Source: Octopus sinensis
Taxonomy: Eukaryota
Direction: 5' to 3'
Assembly (NCBI RefSeq): GCF_006345805.1
Contig: NC_042998.1
Location: forward strand, 145,328,001 to 145,392,000
Length of the DNA: 64,000 bases
Under the pieces are notes generated by a model. That model searched no databases, was not told the DNA's origin, and saw only the letters and a program-made list of their open reading frames with translations. Of the stretch, positions 1-13,475 are shown piece by piece. Positions within the stretch are counted from its first letter, which is position 1, and each line of letters begins with the position of its first letter. The position numbers were made by a program, and so were the translations under genes.

Positions 1-569
1 TGATAAATAGTTGTTCATTTATTTTATAATTTACACAAAAAACATAATATTATCTCCAGATTTGCTTCAAGTAGTTTTGGGTGGACTAGATCTTTTCATT
101 CATGCTGCAAAAGTGATGTGTTTTAGCAATGAAACTTGGACAATAAGAAAATAGCGTATCATTCGTAATTAATTCTCTCGAATATCCTTAAGAAAGAAAT
201 ACTTCAATATATATGACTCTACCAAATTAGAAAAGTTAAATTTAGATTACACACACACTCACAGACGCACAAATACACATACACATTTTATATTCACGTG
301 TTAAATATATAGTGTGTAAATCTTAGTAATATAATTAAAGTTAATTATTAGCCTGTGTACTTGGTTAAGTCAAATACATTTGGAAAATTAACGCGTATTG
401 AATTAAAGTCTACTTTTCTCTAATGTATGGCATATGAGTACTAAAATTTTCTGTCTGCCTTTATGTCTGCACATACGCACGCGCACATACACACGCGCAC
501 ACGCATATATATAGTAATCTGTACCTCTTCTCTTTCCCTTTTCTCTCTCACCCTCTGGCACTCTCTGAG

Positions 570-592
570 TATATATATATATATATATATAT

Positions 593-623
<31 letters not shown>

Positions 624-670
624 TAGATTCACATATGCACATATATACATATATACATACATACACATAT

Positions 671-742
<72 letters not shown>
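570..742. repeat. Compound (TA)n/(GA)n/(TACA)n microsatellite; representative of dozens across the window (e.g. 8350-8520, 14030-14190, 35065-35300, 36355-36637, 38360-38545, 50235-50420, 53570-53820)
   Basis: Directly visible tandem di/tetranucleotide runs; these generate the IY/HT/CV/LSIY-rich ORFs in the track. Confidence 0.97.
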
Positions 743-743
<1 letters not shown>

Positions 744-1379
744 AGTGCATACATAGCCTCTCTGTCAGCTTTATTTTAAACTTTTATGTCCATCCTATCA
801 TTATCAAACATACAAATAGCCCAATATTGCTGAATAAATGGAATATCACATCAACATATGACTGAATAGTTCGAACACAGTTATTTGCTACAATCCCCCG
901 CAGTCACACACACACATGTGCACACGTGCACATACACAAACACGTACACTCATACATTTGTTCTTTGTTTATAACCTGTAATTGTATCTTTTATTTCCAT
1001 TTTACCATTATCAAACTGAACATATCAGACTTATCGTCAATTTTCTTCTCCGTCATGTAAGCGTTTATTATCTCAAAAGTTAAACTTTTGTCTGTCACAA
1101 AGCTATAATTACAGAAAGATATATTTTAAAATTATATAATAAATACAGATTTAGATATTCTTAAAAATATATAATTTTTGTTGCTGTAGACAATTCTAAG
1201 GGAATAAATCACCCTAAATATGTCCTAACAAACAAGGAACGAATTATGCCCCCGACTAAAACTTTTCCTCTGTGTATGCGTCAGCAAAAGTTGACATCAC
1301 CGTTTCACACAATTGAAAAATAAAATATCTGTTCATGATTTTATTCTCCATACGTTAGCAAAAGTTCCCTGATTTACTA

Positions 1380-2040
1380 TGGTGACCCAAGCAGGAGTGA
1401 CGTTATCTACGACAGTTAGATCGAAGGTATTGTTTCTACACCAATCTTATTGTTTCTTTGTGTTAGCAAAGATGAAGCGCTCCGTGTTGCTTTCCTGACA
1501 ATATCTATGTTTTGTTGTTTCTGGAGTCAAAGTATATTTGTTAATGTTTCGTTAGTTGCGCAGTGATGAAGGACAATGACCTAAATCTGTACTATTGTTT
1601 AGAGAAAATTTTACGATGGTATCGATGTATCTTTCTAAATGTTTTGTGATTTTGATAGAAGAGTTTGGGGCGGTTTCACTTTATTTTATTGTATTTTTAG
1701 AACTGTAGGGATTTTGCTCAGTTTCCTAAATCTGAGAATTTGGCATTGTTGAAGCAGTTGTAATTGTAGATGCTCTTTATTAAAATGACTCTTTCAGGCT
1801 TTTAGTGCTAACAGATGAAGTGAGTATAATTCCTTCTGGTGTTATGTGCATAAGGCACATGAATAAACATACACAGGACCAATATACAGTCTTCTATGTG
1901 TGTTATGAATGTTGAAGGAGGCCTTATCGAAATTTCCGCTTCCATGCGTCTTCCACCCGCAGTCTAGACATCTTATGCTATATATACACCGAGTTATAAA
2001 CAGATTTCGATAACATCGTTCAGCGGAGTCATGCCAATTT
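1380..2040 (-). mobile_element. Highly decayed RTE-type LINE, RT thumb/3' region
   Basis: Manual minus-strand translation across frameshifts gives AEIS-IR, KTVYWSCV and KHLERYIDTIVKFSL, resembling RTE motifs AEISRR, KVYRACV and PKLRYKDTLKRSL in the expected order. Confidence 0.4.
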
Positions 2041-2249
2041 TTTTCCCCACTTCAAGACACAATCAATGCACACATCAACGGAACATTATCACACCCCTCA
2101 TTTTATTGAAAAAATAATGATAAATTTGGCTTTTACTACTCCATTTATATTACTTTATATTTATCGAGACATTTCTAATTTAAATTATTTGTATAACCGC
2201 AGATACTGGCGTATTAGTATAATAACTCCTTTAAGAGTTAAGTGTATTC

Positions 2250-3350
2250 GCGATATATACAAACAGTACCCTCACTCCTGATTCCTCAAACTGTTTCAGG
2301 CACTGAACTTTTGAATTTCGGGATCTCCTTATTGGTTTTCCGGCATCTAATACTGGTAAGAGATCAATGTCATGGTGTAGATCAGTGCTCCTCAACCGGG
2401 CTCCATATGACTCTTGGTGGTTCATATGAGATATTGTTGGTAAAAAACTCCAAGAAGACAAGATAGACAAATAACATGCTGTCTTCACTTCAGCTTAGAA
2501 GCTACTAAAGTATCAGGAAGAAAGACTCGTTACAGATTTTGCTTGTCACTGTTTTATGAGGTCAGTTTTAATTTATAGACTAGTTTATCAAATCTTTGTA
2601 TATCTAAGGCCAAAAGAACAAGGAGTAGTGCCTGCTAGGAAGGAAGATGAGGGAGTCGACAGAAAATCATAGTGGGTATAGTCATAAAAAGCTATCAAGA
2701 TTTATTTGAAGCAATATAATGAGCTTTGGTAAAGGGAATCTTAAATCAAGATGTTAGCTGACAATTAAAGAGGGAAGCCAATAGTAGACCGTTGATAATG
2801 AAGCAGGGGAAATCTCATCATGTGGTACTATAGTAAAATATTTTAAATAATATTGTGATATTGTATAAAGTTTAAGCTTAGGATTATTCAGAAGATTATT
2901 AAGAAGAATATTATAACAAAAGGATAAAAAGTTTTTTTGAATACTTTTGAGTATATACCAAACTTTTACCACAATAGAGGGAGGAAAACAGTGACAAGCA
3001 AAATCTGCAACAAGTCTTTCTTCCTGAAACCTCAGTGGCTTTTAAGCTGAAGTGACGACATTATGTTCTTTGTCTATCTCCTTACCTTCTTGGAGATTTT
3101 AGGTAAAATTATACTAATGTGCCCATCTGTTTTAATTAAATTAAATTCTATGTATTTATGCGGATGAGGATTGCACTGCATTTAAACTGATGCAATGATT
3201 GCATTGTTCAATTAAATGGAGTTGCTTGAAACGATCGTACAGCATTACCTCTGGATATCCTTGTTGCTTATTTTGATTTTAATCACCTTATTTTGAAATT
3301 GCCTGGATAATACCGTACTAAATTCTGGTGCTTCAACTTAAGTACCGCAT
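2250..3350 (-). mobile_element. Decayed R2-group (Hero/NeSL-like) non-LTR retrotransposon RT fragment
   Basis: ORF 2754-2972 contains SIQKNFLS (cf. SxQKGF) and YLKYFTIVPHDEI...YYWLPSLI (cf. WLDLxNAFGSVPHxLI...YxIP); further 3', PRVIWSP resembles PRLLWPL. Many stops and frameshifts. Confidence 0.5.
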
Positions 3351-4039
3351 TCATCTGAATCTAAATTTTTGCTATATATATATATATATATATATGTTTA
3401 CGCACACAGATATCATTGTTTGTTTTTACGTCGATTTATAAGAAAAGCTATTTATTCTTAAACTGAAGAATTACTCACATTTTTGGTAGTGTACATGTTA
3501 ATTATACTTTTACAATAAGAAGGGTGACAGAGAGACAAAGACATGACACAGATTTGCAGGCCGGAATTTCGAAGTCACTGTTATCCCTTGTCTTGTTAAA
3601 GTATTATACCACAGATCAATCCTTCGGACAAAGCTTTGAGCTTTGTTTCTGTTTTCTGATCGAAATAGTCCCAATAGGGGTGCATTTTTGGGTCTGAAGG
3701 AATGCTTCTACCTTCTTCACAAGTTATATGTGCGTGTTTTTTTGTGTGTGTGGGTATATGTATGTGTGTGCATGCTTGTGTGTGTGTTTTGTTTGTGAGT
3801 TCATGCGTGTCTGTGTGTAAGTAAATGTGTACATATTTGTGTATGTGTTTGGTGTGTGTGTATGCGTGCGAGTGTGTGTGTGAGTGTATGTGTTTGTCTT
3901 ATGTTTATATGTGTGTATGTGTAAAAGAGTGTATATGCGTTTGTATGTATTTATGTTTCTATTGTTTGCCATGCCGTTGTGGTAAGTAGATGTGTAGATA
4001 TGGAGTAGTAACATAAGCAGTTGTAGCAGTATTATTATC

Positions 4040-4937
4040 ATATGAAACCGCACAACTTATTTTGCTGGGTATGATGGAAAGTGTCAGCTGTCCACAGCCA
4101 GGAGACTAAAGTGACACTTGTTTACTGATCATGCTTCAAGAACTCTGCGGAGAATTCATGCAGCTACAAGAAATGCTGATTTTTGTAGATGTTCTATCTT
4201 TACATTTGCACCAATCTTTTTGAGCTATGTTGGCAGTTGAGTACTGATACTTCCAAGTGCGCCAATTACTATTGGTACCACGTCTACTCTCCTCATTGGC
4301 CACAACCTTCGTATTTTCCACTTCAAATCGTCGTAGTTGTTCAGTTTTTCTTCTTTCTCATTGATCCTGTTGTCACCAGAACATGCTATGTCGATTATAA
4401 TGCCTGTTCTTTCCTTTTTATTGACTACAACAATGTCCGGTCCTCGATTTCTGGTGAGGTGATTGCAAAGAATCATTGCATCTCACAGAATTTCGTAATT
4501 TTCATTCTCGGTGACTCCTGGGATTTACTCATACCACGTCTTTGCTTTTTGTAGACCGTGATTTCCACGGAGCTCCCAATGGATAATTCTTGCCATATTG
4601 TCATGGCGTCTTTTGTATTCGCGTTGTACCAATTTCGGAAATTCGCTAACGATGTATCATACCGTTTCACCCCTCTCCCCACACATTCTGCATTTGTCGT
4701 TGACGGTAGTGTTGTCTATTCTGCACTTCATATAGTTGGTCTTTAACGCCTGTTCTTGAGCTGCACATATATGTGCTTCTGTCTCTATCTTCAGGTCATC
4801 CATAGCCACTGGTATTCTGTATCTGTCTTGGCGTTTGTATCTCTTGCAAACTGGCCGTACATTTTTTCTCTTTCCATGCAGTTTCTGTTTTTGGGTTCTT
4901 TTAAAATTTTTCTTTCTTAACTCAATTCTTAGTTTTA
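4040..4937 (-). mobile_element. 5'-truncated Dong/R4-type LINE: CCHC knuckle, REL endonuclease and 3' UTR
   Basis: ORF 4657-4980 has LKIETEAHICAAQEQALKTNY...CRMCGERGETV; ORF 4225-4476 has RGPDIVVVNKKERTGIIIDIAC...EKEEKLNNY...VVPIVIGALG (PD-(D/E)xK REL domain). Both ends abut TAA-type repeats. Confidence 0.88.
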
Positions 4938-4939
4938 AT

Positions 4940-4976
4940 GACGCCAGCCTTCTTCGCATTATTATTATTATCATCA

Positions 4977-5030
<54 letters not shown>

Positions 5031-5051
5031 TATTTCATTATATTATTATTA

Positions 5052-5124
<73 letters not shown>

Positions 5125-5145
5125 GTAGTAGTAGTAGTAGTAGTA
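4940..5145. repeat. (ATT)n then (GTA)n microsatellite
   Basis: Visible trinucleotide runs. Confidence 0.97.
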
Positions 5146-6426
5146 AGTGTAATGATCTTAGTGGGGTATGTCTATATGTTTGGGCTAGATTGCAGTGAAT
5201 ATGAAAATTACTTTGTATGGATGCCATTGTGTTTCTCTTTTTTCCTGACCATTTACCGTCCCAACGTGATGTGGATCCGACATAAGACCTTCTTTATGTC
5301 TCTAAGTATTTCAATTTCGTAATCTTCGCATTTTCTATTAAGGTTCCATTTTTATGTATGAATCGACTGTGCCATATCTATCATTGTGCATAGTGTCTTC
5401 CTTTCGCGTTTTGAGACTGCATCTGGTCGAAATTGCTAGTAATTCACTCACTCACACATACTCAAACACACACACACACATACGCGCAAGCAAACATCCA
5501 TACACACACTCTCTGATACACAAACAAATAAATAAATATATACATACGAACGCTTGTGCGTGTGCGCTCACATATTAGTGCTTACGTCATTACCCCCACA
5601 TCTCTAAACGAGTAGTAGAAATTGCACGCGCACACATACACACACACGAATTCGCGCGCGCACACACACACATATTGACGTTAATACACACAAATACACA
5701 CTCTCTGATACACAAACAAATAAATAAATATATACATACGAACACATGTGCACGCGCACACAAGTTTCAATGTTTGAGAAATTACTTCGTACACCTCTGA
5801 AGAATAATTTCCAAAGGTTATTCTTTGACAGAAATGTCTTTCGATTTCTCTTAAATAATATTCTCTCTGTTTTTCTCTACCCTCGGGGGGCGAGGGTAAA
5901 CACAATGAGAATCTGTATAGAACACACTAAGGATCATTTTAATAATTTAAGAATACCGCAGTAACGAATTACTGCAATAAGAAATCTCAGTGAAATAATT
6001 TCTTTTATATCCTATTGACACACCATATTGGCTGTTGGGCAGACCTAGCTTCCTTATTTACTTTCTCTCTCTCTCACCTAATCAAATGACGCATTATATG
6101 AAGGTTCATATTTTAGATTTCCTTACATTTTTTTTATCTTCTTGAAGAGGAGAAAATGTATTATTTTGGTAAATATTTGAAAATAGCTTGAGTGTTAATG
6201 TTTATGATTTTTTTGTATTATTTTCAAGTGCTTTTTATGTCCTTTTGACTGTGTTTTGTTATTTTTCCTTCATTATTTTTCGCTGATAGATAATTACGGT
6301 AAAATATTTTTGAGCAATACTCTAATAAGTATTTGTTTACGAAGAGACAAAAAATGCTATATGAATAGAAAATATACGACTAGTCTCCTGTGTTTTTATA
6401 TACCAAACTGTATGTATGTATGTTCG

Positions 6427-6461
<35 letters not shown>

Positions 6462-6980
6462 TATATAAAGCTAAAAAGAAATGCGTGTTACAATATACAT
6501 TCTATACACTTTACATAATACAATTTTTATATCAGAAATGGCTTTTTCCTTTCTCTCCCCACTCACTCTTTCACTCTTTATGTGTGTGCGCGCGCGCGTC
6601 TGTGGATGCGTGTGTGTTTGTGTTTGTGTCTGTGAATTTTTTCGATAGGTTTTGAGGAGATAATGCTATTCATGTATGTTCTTTTCCACTTTTAAATTGA
6701 GAAATTATATCTTCATCGATATATTTCATGTGACATTCATCTTGGTCACGAAAAGTTCTCTTTAAAAGCTTTAGTTGGCAATCTGACCTTTGTAATAATT
6801 CACATTCTCCTTGGATATTGCAACAATTAACTGCAGGGCAGAAGCTATACAGACACTGGCAGCGATAATATGTAGTTCCGTCGTTTCAGGCATGAACGTT
6901 CGTTATTATGTACTAGAGGCTCTTCCATTGGAGGAAAACATCATTATTACTATTGGTAGATTTATTTCTTATTCTTTACA

Positions 6981-7050
6981 TTCTGAGTTCTAGCGGTTAG
7001 GATTGTTGGCTTTCACACATGCGACTCGGGTTTGGTTCCTGACATAAGAA
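6981..7050 (+). pseudogene. tRNA-Glu(TTC)-derived pseudogene
   Basis: TCTAGCGGTTAGGATT-GTTGG-CT-TTC-AC-ACATG-CGACTCGGGTTTGGTTCCTG aligns with animal tRNA-Glu(TTC) (TCTAGCGGTTAGGATTCCTGGTTTTCACCCAGGCGGCCCGGGTTCGACTCCCGG). Acceptor stem, anticodon stem and T-loop are disrupted. Confidence 0.6.
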
Positions 7051-7174
7051 CGTTAATCCCAATTAATGCGGCAAAATGGCAGAATAGTTAGCGCGTCGGA
7101 CATAAAGGGACATTCAAAATTTGATTTTTTGAAGGGATAGAAAAATAATCCTTTCTACTATAGGCACAAGTCTG

Positions 7175-7697
7175 GAGAACATGAAGGCCATTCAAAATAG
7201 ACCTCACACATGGTTCCAGCAAGATGGAGCAACTGCTCATACCACAAGAGAAACAATGCAGTTGCTACGCCATTGCTTTGGAGAGAGAATAATCACCCAC
7301 TACGGCAATGTCAACTGGCCTTCACGTTCTCCAAATTTGACTAGTCTGGATTTTTCCTTGTGGGGATACCTGAAAGAGAGGGTTCACGTTAACAAACCGG
7401 AAAACCTGGTGCAACTGAAGGAGAACAACATTAGAGGAATCAGAGAAGTGGGATCTGAAACTCTTGTGGGTGTTATGGGGAAAGCTTTGGAAAGAGCACG
7501 GACGTGCGAAGCCGAAAATGGCAGACATTTAAGAGCTGTCATTTTTCATATGTGATGTTGTGATGTTGCAAAATTTGACTTGTGCATATTAATTTGCATT
7601 ATGTCATTTATATTGTATCAAAATTTCATGCATTTATTTGTAAAGTTAAGGAAGTTATTAAAAATTGAAACCCATCTGTGACTTTTCGGACACCCTG
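7175..7697 (+). mobile_element. 3' half of an IS630-Tc1-mariner DD41D (rosa/Visitor-type) transposon with right TIR
   Basis: ORF 7181-7555: WFQQDGATAHT...WPSRSPNLTSLDFSLWGYLK, with 41 residues counted between the second and third catalytic D. Ends in ...GACTTTTCGGACACCCTG, a typical TIR end. Confidence 0.85.
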
Positions 7698-7708
7698 AAT
7701 ATATATAT

Positions 7709-8340
7709 ATTATAATAAAAGGGTAAAATCAATAATAATTTTACTAGGTAGTCAGTGCGGAAATAAAAACCTCATAGGTAAATTTTATAATCACATATAT
7801 AATTATAAGAAGGGATCAGCTTTACACCTCATCACGCATTGCAAGAAATAGACGCTAAAGCCACTATTACCACCTTCAAATCTGGTAAAATTATTATTGA
7901 TTTTATCCTTTTATTATAATTAATATTTGAATAAATTTACTCCATGATCGAAACTGCATTTACTGCGGTCTAGATCTTAAAACATTACACGTGGGTACAA
8001 AGGAGAGATGTGAATTATACTTGGCAGTATATTTTTGCGACTGTAGATGGATATTGGTCATGCGATGTCGCCGATCACATACATATTTTGAGATACTCGA
8101 AAATTTATCCTATAGAATACTGTGCTGATGAAAGCAGGAAGTAAAATATTTTAAATTTAAGCTTGAAATTCGATCATATACACAATTAACCAACCTTGTT
8201 GATTCATTATTTTTCTTTTTCTTGCCTACAATATTGTGTGTTATTCTAGGAGATTTTAAGGTGGTAATAGGCTTTAGAGTCTATTCCTTGCAGTGCGTGG
8301 TGAGGCGTAAAGCCGATCCCTTGTAATAATTGTATATATA
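7709..8340. repeat. Interleaved inverted repeats: 39-bp arms 7709-7747/7882-7920 and about 90-bp arms 7795-7883/8251-8340
   Basis: Manual reverse-complement alignment: first pair has 2 mismatches, second pair is roughly 85% identical. Confidence 0.85.
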
Positions 8341-8348
8341 ATTATAGA

Positions 8349-8402
<54 letters not shown>

Positions 8403-8595
8403 TATATATATATACATATACGTGTGCGAGTGTGTGAGTGTGCGTGCGTGCGCGTGTGTGTACGTATATATGTATGCATATATACGTATATATATATAAC
8501 CACATATATATATATATATGTGGTTATAATAAGGGTAGAAAATTTAGAAAAATATTCATCCGGTGGCTAGCATGCGTAATAAATTCAATAAACAA

Positions 8596-9065
8596 CATAT
8601 CTTCATATATAATAGTGTACAAACAATTTATGTATTTATACACGAAAGAGGTGACCTTTAACAGGACACCTTACATGCTAGAAAGGGTAGTTAAAGCCCA
8701 AAACCACGAATAAGAGCAATTTCAAAGGGAATGAAAATCCACCGCACGGTGGATTGAAAATTATAATGTATAAGTATGTAGCATGTGTATTTTCGGTGCT
8801 ATTTGCTGCATAAATATGCATTAATTTTAGCACCCTCACTGAAGAAGTAAGGATGGCAAATTAATTTATTTTGCACAGTCATACAAAAATTCAAATCTGA
8901 GTGTAACTACAAATATATTCTTTATTTTCATTCCCTATCTAATTGCTCTTATTCTTGGTTTGGGCTTTAACTGCCCTTTCTAGTATGTAAAGTGTCCTGT
9001 TAAAGCTCACTTTTTTCGTGTATAAATACGTAAATTGTTTGTACACTATTATATATGAAAATATG
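8596..9065. repeat. Inverted repeat, about 143-bp arms (8596-8738 / 8924-9065)
   Basis: CATATCTTCATATATAATAGTGTACAAACAATTT...GGGAATGAAAAT matches the reverse complement of the right arm at roughly 85-90%. Confidence 0.88.
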
Positions 9066-9142
9066 TATATATATATATATATATATATGTACGTACATAT
9101 GTATATATATATATATATAATATATATATATTATATATATAT

Positions 9143-9177
<35 letters not shown>

Positions 9178-9577
9178 GAATTAATATGGCTTAACCTCAC
9201 CATTACCTTTTTGAACTCTAGATATTACTTTTAACTTGCGTACGACTTCAGTAATTCTTTTTTGTTACTACTTCAATCATCTACTTCAAATCCAATACAG
9301 CCTCATCTTTCTCCTAGAATCCACCGACAACCACTCCTAATTCGTCTCCTCGAGTTAGGTGTGGGCGTCTTAGCTTTGAGTGGACCACATTACTTTTCAG
9401 TCTGCGCTACTACACTATCTAGATTTTATAGAAGAGATTAAAGGGTTGCAAAGAACGTTCTTTGATAAAATAATGTAAAATAAGTAGAATGCCTTAATTA
9501 CTGGTGAAGCCATGCTTCTATTCTCTTGAAGGATGAAAAGAAGACACATTGCTCTATATGTATGTATGTATGTTTGC

Positions 9578-9638
<61 letters not shown>

Positions 9639-9718
9639 TGGAACAAAACAGCATGATTCAAATACCCTGCTACTTAAGGTTTCAAAGGTCGTGAAGCTTA
9701 TCGTCGGGCAGTGGAAGT

Positions 9719-9768
<50 letters not shown>

Positions 9769-9964
9769 CAATGTATCTGCCTGGTTGGCCATATCTCACA
9801 TTTTGGCAGCTTCCGGGTATATCACCCTTGCAATCTAGAAAAAAGGTCACTCTATCGTAATAATCTGATATTTAAATGTACTTTCGTGTTCAACGGCCTC
9901 TCTAAATATTAACTATATACATACATACATACATATATATATATTATATATATATATTTTTTTT

Positions 9965-10270
9965 TTTACGTGCACCTCGTCTAGCCTCATTTACTGCATT
10001 AAATGCAACCTATGCGGGATGCTGTATGTAGGACAGACGGGACGCCGGTTGTCCGACCGATTTACAGAACATTTGAGGGACGTTCGCCTACACTCTTTTT
10101 CTCCCGTCGCACGCCACTTCCGCTCGGCCAGCCATTCCCTAGATGACATCTCAGTGTTTGGTCTCGGCCCCCACAATGGTCGTCCACTTTCTAGGCTCCA
10201 CTTGGAGTAACGCTACATCTTCACCCTACAAACCACTACCCCACACGGACTTAACACAGCCCCCTCCTCC
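9965..10270 (+). pseudogene. Penelope-like element GIY-YIG endonuclease (C-terminal domain), one in-frame stop
   Basis: Extending ORF 10019-10210 gives FTCTSSSLIYCIKCNLCGMLYVGQTGRRLSDRFTEHLRDV...PVARHF...LE*RYIFTLQTTTPHGLN, the PLE GIY-YIG signature. Confidence 0.88.
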
Positions 10271-10289
10271 TAAGGTTTTTTTTCCGGAT

Positions 10290-12975
10290 AAACACACCCC
10301 CACACACACACAGCTACCTACATCCCACACGCCTGTTCACACACACACATACTGATACACATCTACGTACATACATTCACACATTTAATTACACATACTT
10401 ATAGACATACATGCACACACTAACATACAAACCAACATGCACATACATACACACATACATACATGCACACGCACATACATACTTACACACACACACATAC
10501 ATACATACTTACATACATACACACATACATACGCACATACATACACACACACACACATCGCACATACATACTTCACACACCTATACTTACATACACACAC
10601 ACACATGCACACATACATGTACGCACACACACATACATTCATACATACCCACACATGCACACCTTTACACGAATGCACACACACATACACCTATTTGCAC
10701 CCAGGCAGCCCCCCTTTCTGGTTTTGGTTGATGGATCCTCGGTTCCCGTGGAGCGGGTTGTTCGGGGGGCCTCCGCACGCGCGCGCCTTGGCGCGGGCTG
10801 GGGGCTGGTCGGCCCCATGGGCTTGCGTTGTATTGTTTGTGTGTTGTGTGCGTGAGCGTGCTTCGTGTGTGTGGGCGTGCTTCGGGTGTGTGCGTGCGTA
10901 TGTATACATACATACCCACACACACGCATGCATCCCTACCCACATACATACACGCACACCTACTCACACACACACATACACACACACATATACACACACA
11001 CATACCCGCACACACACATACATACATACACACACATACCTACTTCGGACATACACACACACAGACATACACCCATACACTCACACTCACACGCATACAC
11101 ACACACACATACACACGCACACGCACACATACACACACACACACCTACATACATACATTACCCTTGTACACACACACAGTTACATTCATACACACACACA
11201 CCTACACAGCCATACCTTCACTCATACATACACACATACCTACACACACACGCAAACACACACAGACACACACCCATACATACATACACCTATACACACA
11301 CGCCTACACACATACATACACACATACATAAACACACACACATACACATACACATACATATACTTACACACATGCACACACACACATACATACATACACC
11401 CACACACATACACACACATACTTACATACTCCTATATGCACATACATACACACAGACATACACACATATACACTCACACATACATACACACATACTTACA
11501 CACACACTCGCCTGCACGCGCACACACATGCATGACAAGCACCCATACACTCACACTCACATACACACACACCAACATATACACGCACACGCACACATAC
11601 ACGCACACACACACCTACACTCCCACACACATACATACGCACCTACATACACACACACACGCATACACACGCACGCACACGCATACATACATATATTACA
11701 TACGTACACACACACCTACATACACATGCATACACACACACACACAAACATACACGGACACACCCATACATACATACATACATACACCTATACACACACG
11801 CCTACACACCTACATACACACACATGCATACACACACATACACGGACACACCCATACATACTTACATACATACACCTATACACACACGCCTGCACACCTA
11901 CATACACACACATGCATACACACACACATGTACGCACATACACACACATATACGCACATACATATATACCTACACACATGCACACACACACACATGCATG
12001 CATGCATGCACACGCGCCGTACGCATACATGCATACATGCATACACACACACACGCACGTACACACACATACATACACACACACACATACATACACCCAT
12101 ACACATACATGCATCCTACACACGCAGACATACACACTCACACATACATACACACACTCACTCACACACCTGCATGTACGCGCACACACATGCACATACA
12201 CACACCTCCACACACACACACGTACATACATACACACTCATACACATACACACACACACACACGGACATACATCTATACACACACATATACACACACATA
12301 CTTACATACAATCATCGGACACACTGACACCCATACCTACACACAGACACACTCACACATCCACACACACACACATACTTACACACACACTCGCAGGCGC
12401 GCGCACATACACGCTTGTGCGCGTTCGCGCACGCATACACGCATGCATGCACCTCGCTCGTGGGTACCGACTAGATCTCCTGTTCGTATCTGGGGCTGGC
12501 GCGTGTCTTTGGGTTCTCCCACGCCTGTCGCCGCGGGACCACTCTTCCATCTTTCCCTCAGCTGCAGTTTGTTTTCCTTAATACCCCCCCTTTTTGTACA
12601 CACACGCACACACATACACACACCCACTCACACACACATTTGCATATATACATACATTACACTTACACACACTTCAAATTTACTTGCCATACATACAACT
12701 ACGCACACTGGACACACACACACTACCACTCAACACACACACTGGCACGTTACATACGCCCCCACCCTTTCCCTCCTTCCCTTCTTCCCTCCTTCCTCCT
12801 TTTTTTACCACTGACCACTCAGTTGAGACTTGCTATGTCAACTACTGTTCGCCCTACTACACACACTTACATACAGACGCACGCACTAACATATACATAT
12901 ATTTTTTGTTTTTTTATCTCGCCTCACACACACATACACACACGCACACGCACACACTCACACATACATACACAT
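10290..12975. repeat. About 2.7-kb degenerate (CA)/(CATA) array inside the PLE 3' region
   Basis: Visible; source of the spurious 714-aa and 649-aa His/Thr-rich ORFs. Confidence 0.95.
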
Positions 12976-13144
12976 CATTTTTTGTTACCAACCTTCCTGT
13001 CTCCACTCTTTTGGCTTTAAAAACCTACTTTGCCCTTGTTATCCAAAACTTCCGGTCTTTCAGCATGTGTACTTCGTAAACACCAGTCGCGTTTTTTTCC
13101 CTCTGTTCGCCCACATCGGGATCTTTCTTTCTTCCTTCTCTTTT

Positions 13145-13179
13145 GTTTCCGACGAAGAGCTCCGCTCGAAACGTCATAC
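13145..13179 (+). ncRNA. Minimal type I hammerhead-ribozyme-like motif (variant core)
   Basis: GUUU-CCGACGA-A-GAGC-UCC-GCUC-GAAAC-GUC-AUAC; lies downstream of the GIY-YIG ORF on the same strand, where PLE pLTR hammerheads occur. Confidence 0.5.
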
Positions 13180-13188
13180 TCTCCTTCT

Positions 13189-13279
13189 TCCATTTTCCTG
13201 AGCGCCTAATAATAATAATACTGTAATTGTTCCACGTGTTGTTGTTTTTTTCTGTTTTCCCGTTTGGATTAACCTTATA

Positions 13280-13344
<65 letters not shown>

Positions 13345-13431
13345 ATAATTTTAATCCAAACGGGAAACAAAAAAACAACAATGGAACAATTACAGTATTA
13401 TTATTAATAGGCGCTCAGGAAATGGATATAT
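13189..13431. repeat. Inverted repeat of about 80-bp arms around a (TA)n spacer
   Basis: TTCCATTTTCCTGAGCGCCTAATAATAATAATACTGTAATTGTTCC...CCCGTTTGGATTAA is mirrored by TTAATCCAAACGGG...GGAACAATTACAGTATTATTATTAATAGGCGCTCAGGAAATGGA. Confidence 0.88.
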
Positions 13432-13475
13432 ATATATGTTAATAAAATAGAACATATGCATATATATAAACATAT

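Noticed and set aside
5878-5898. GC hairpin TACCCTCG-GGGGG-CGAGGGTA as a Helitron 3' end
   Set aside because: No CTRR terminus at the expected distance on either strand.
6690-6960. Short exon on the plus strand or FLYWCH-like relic on the minus strand
   Set aside because: Two incompatible weak readings with no supporting neighbours.
10437-12814. 714-aa and 649-aa His/Thr-rich ORFs
   Set aside because: Translations of a CA/CATA array, which lacks stop codons on this strand; no domain content.
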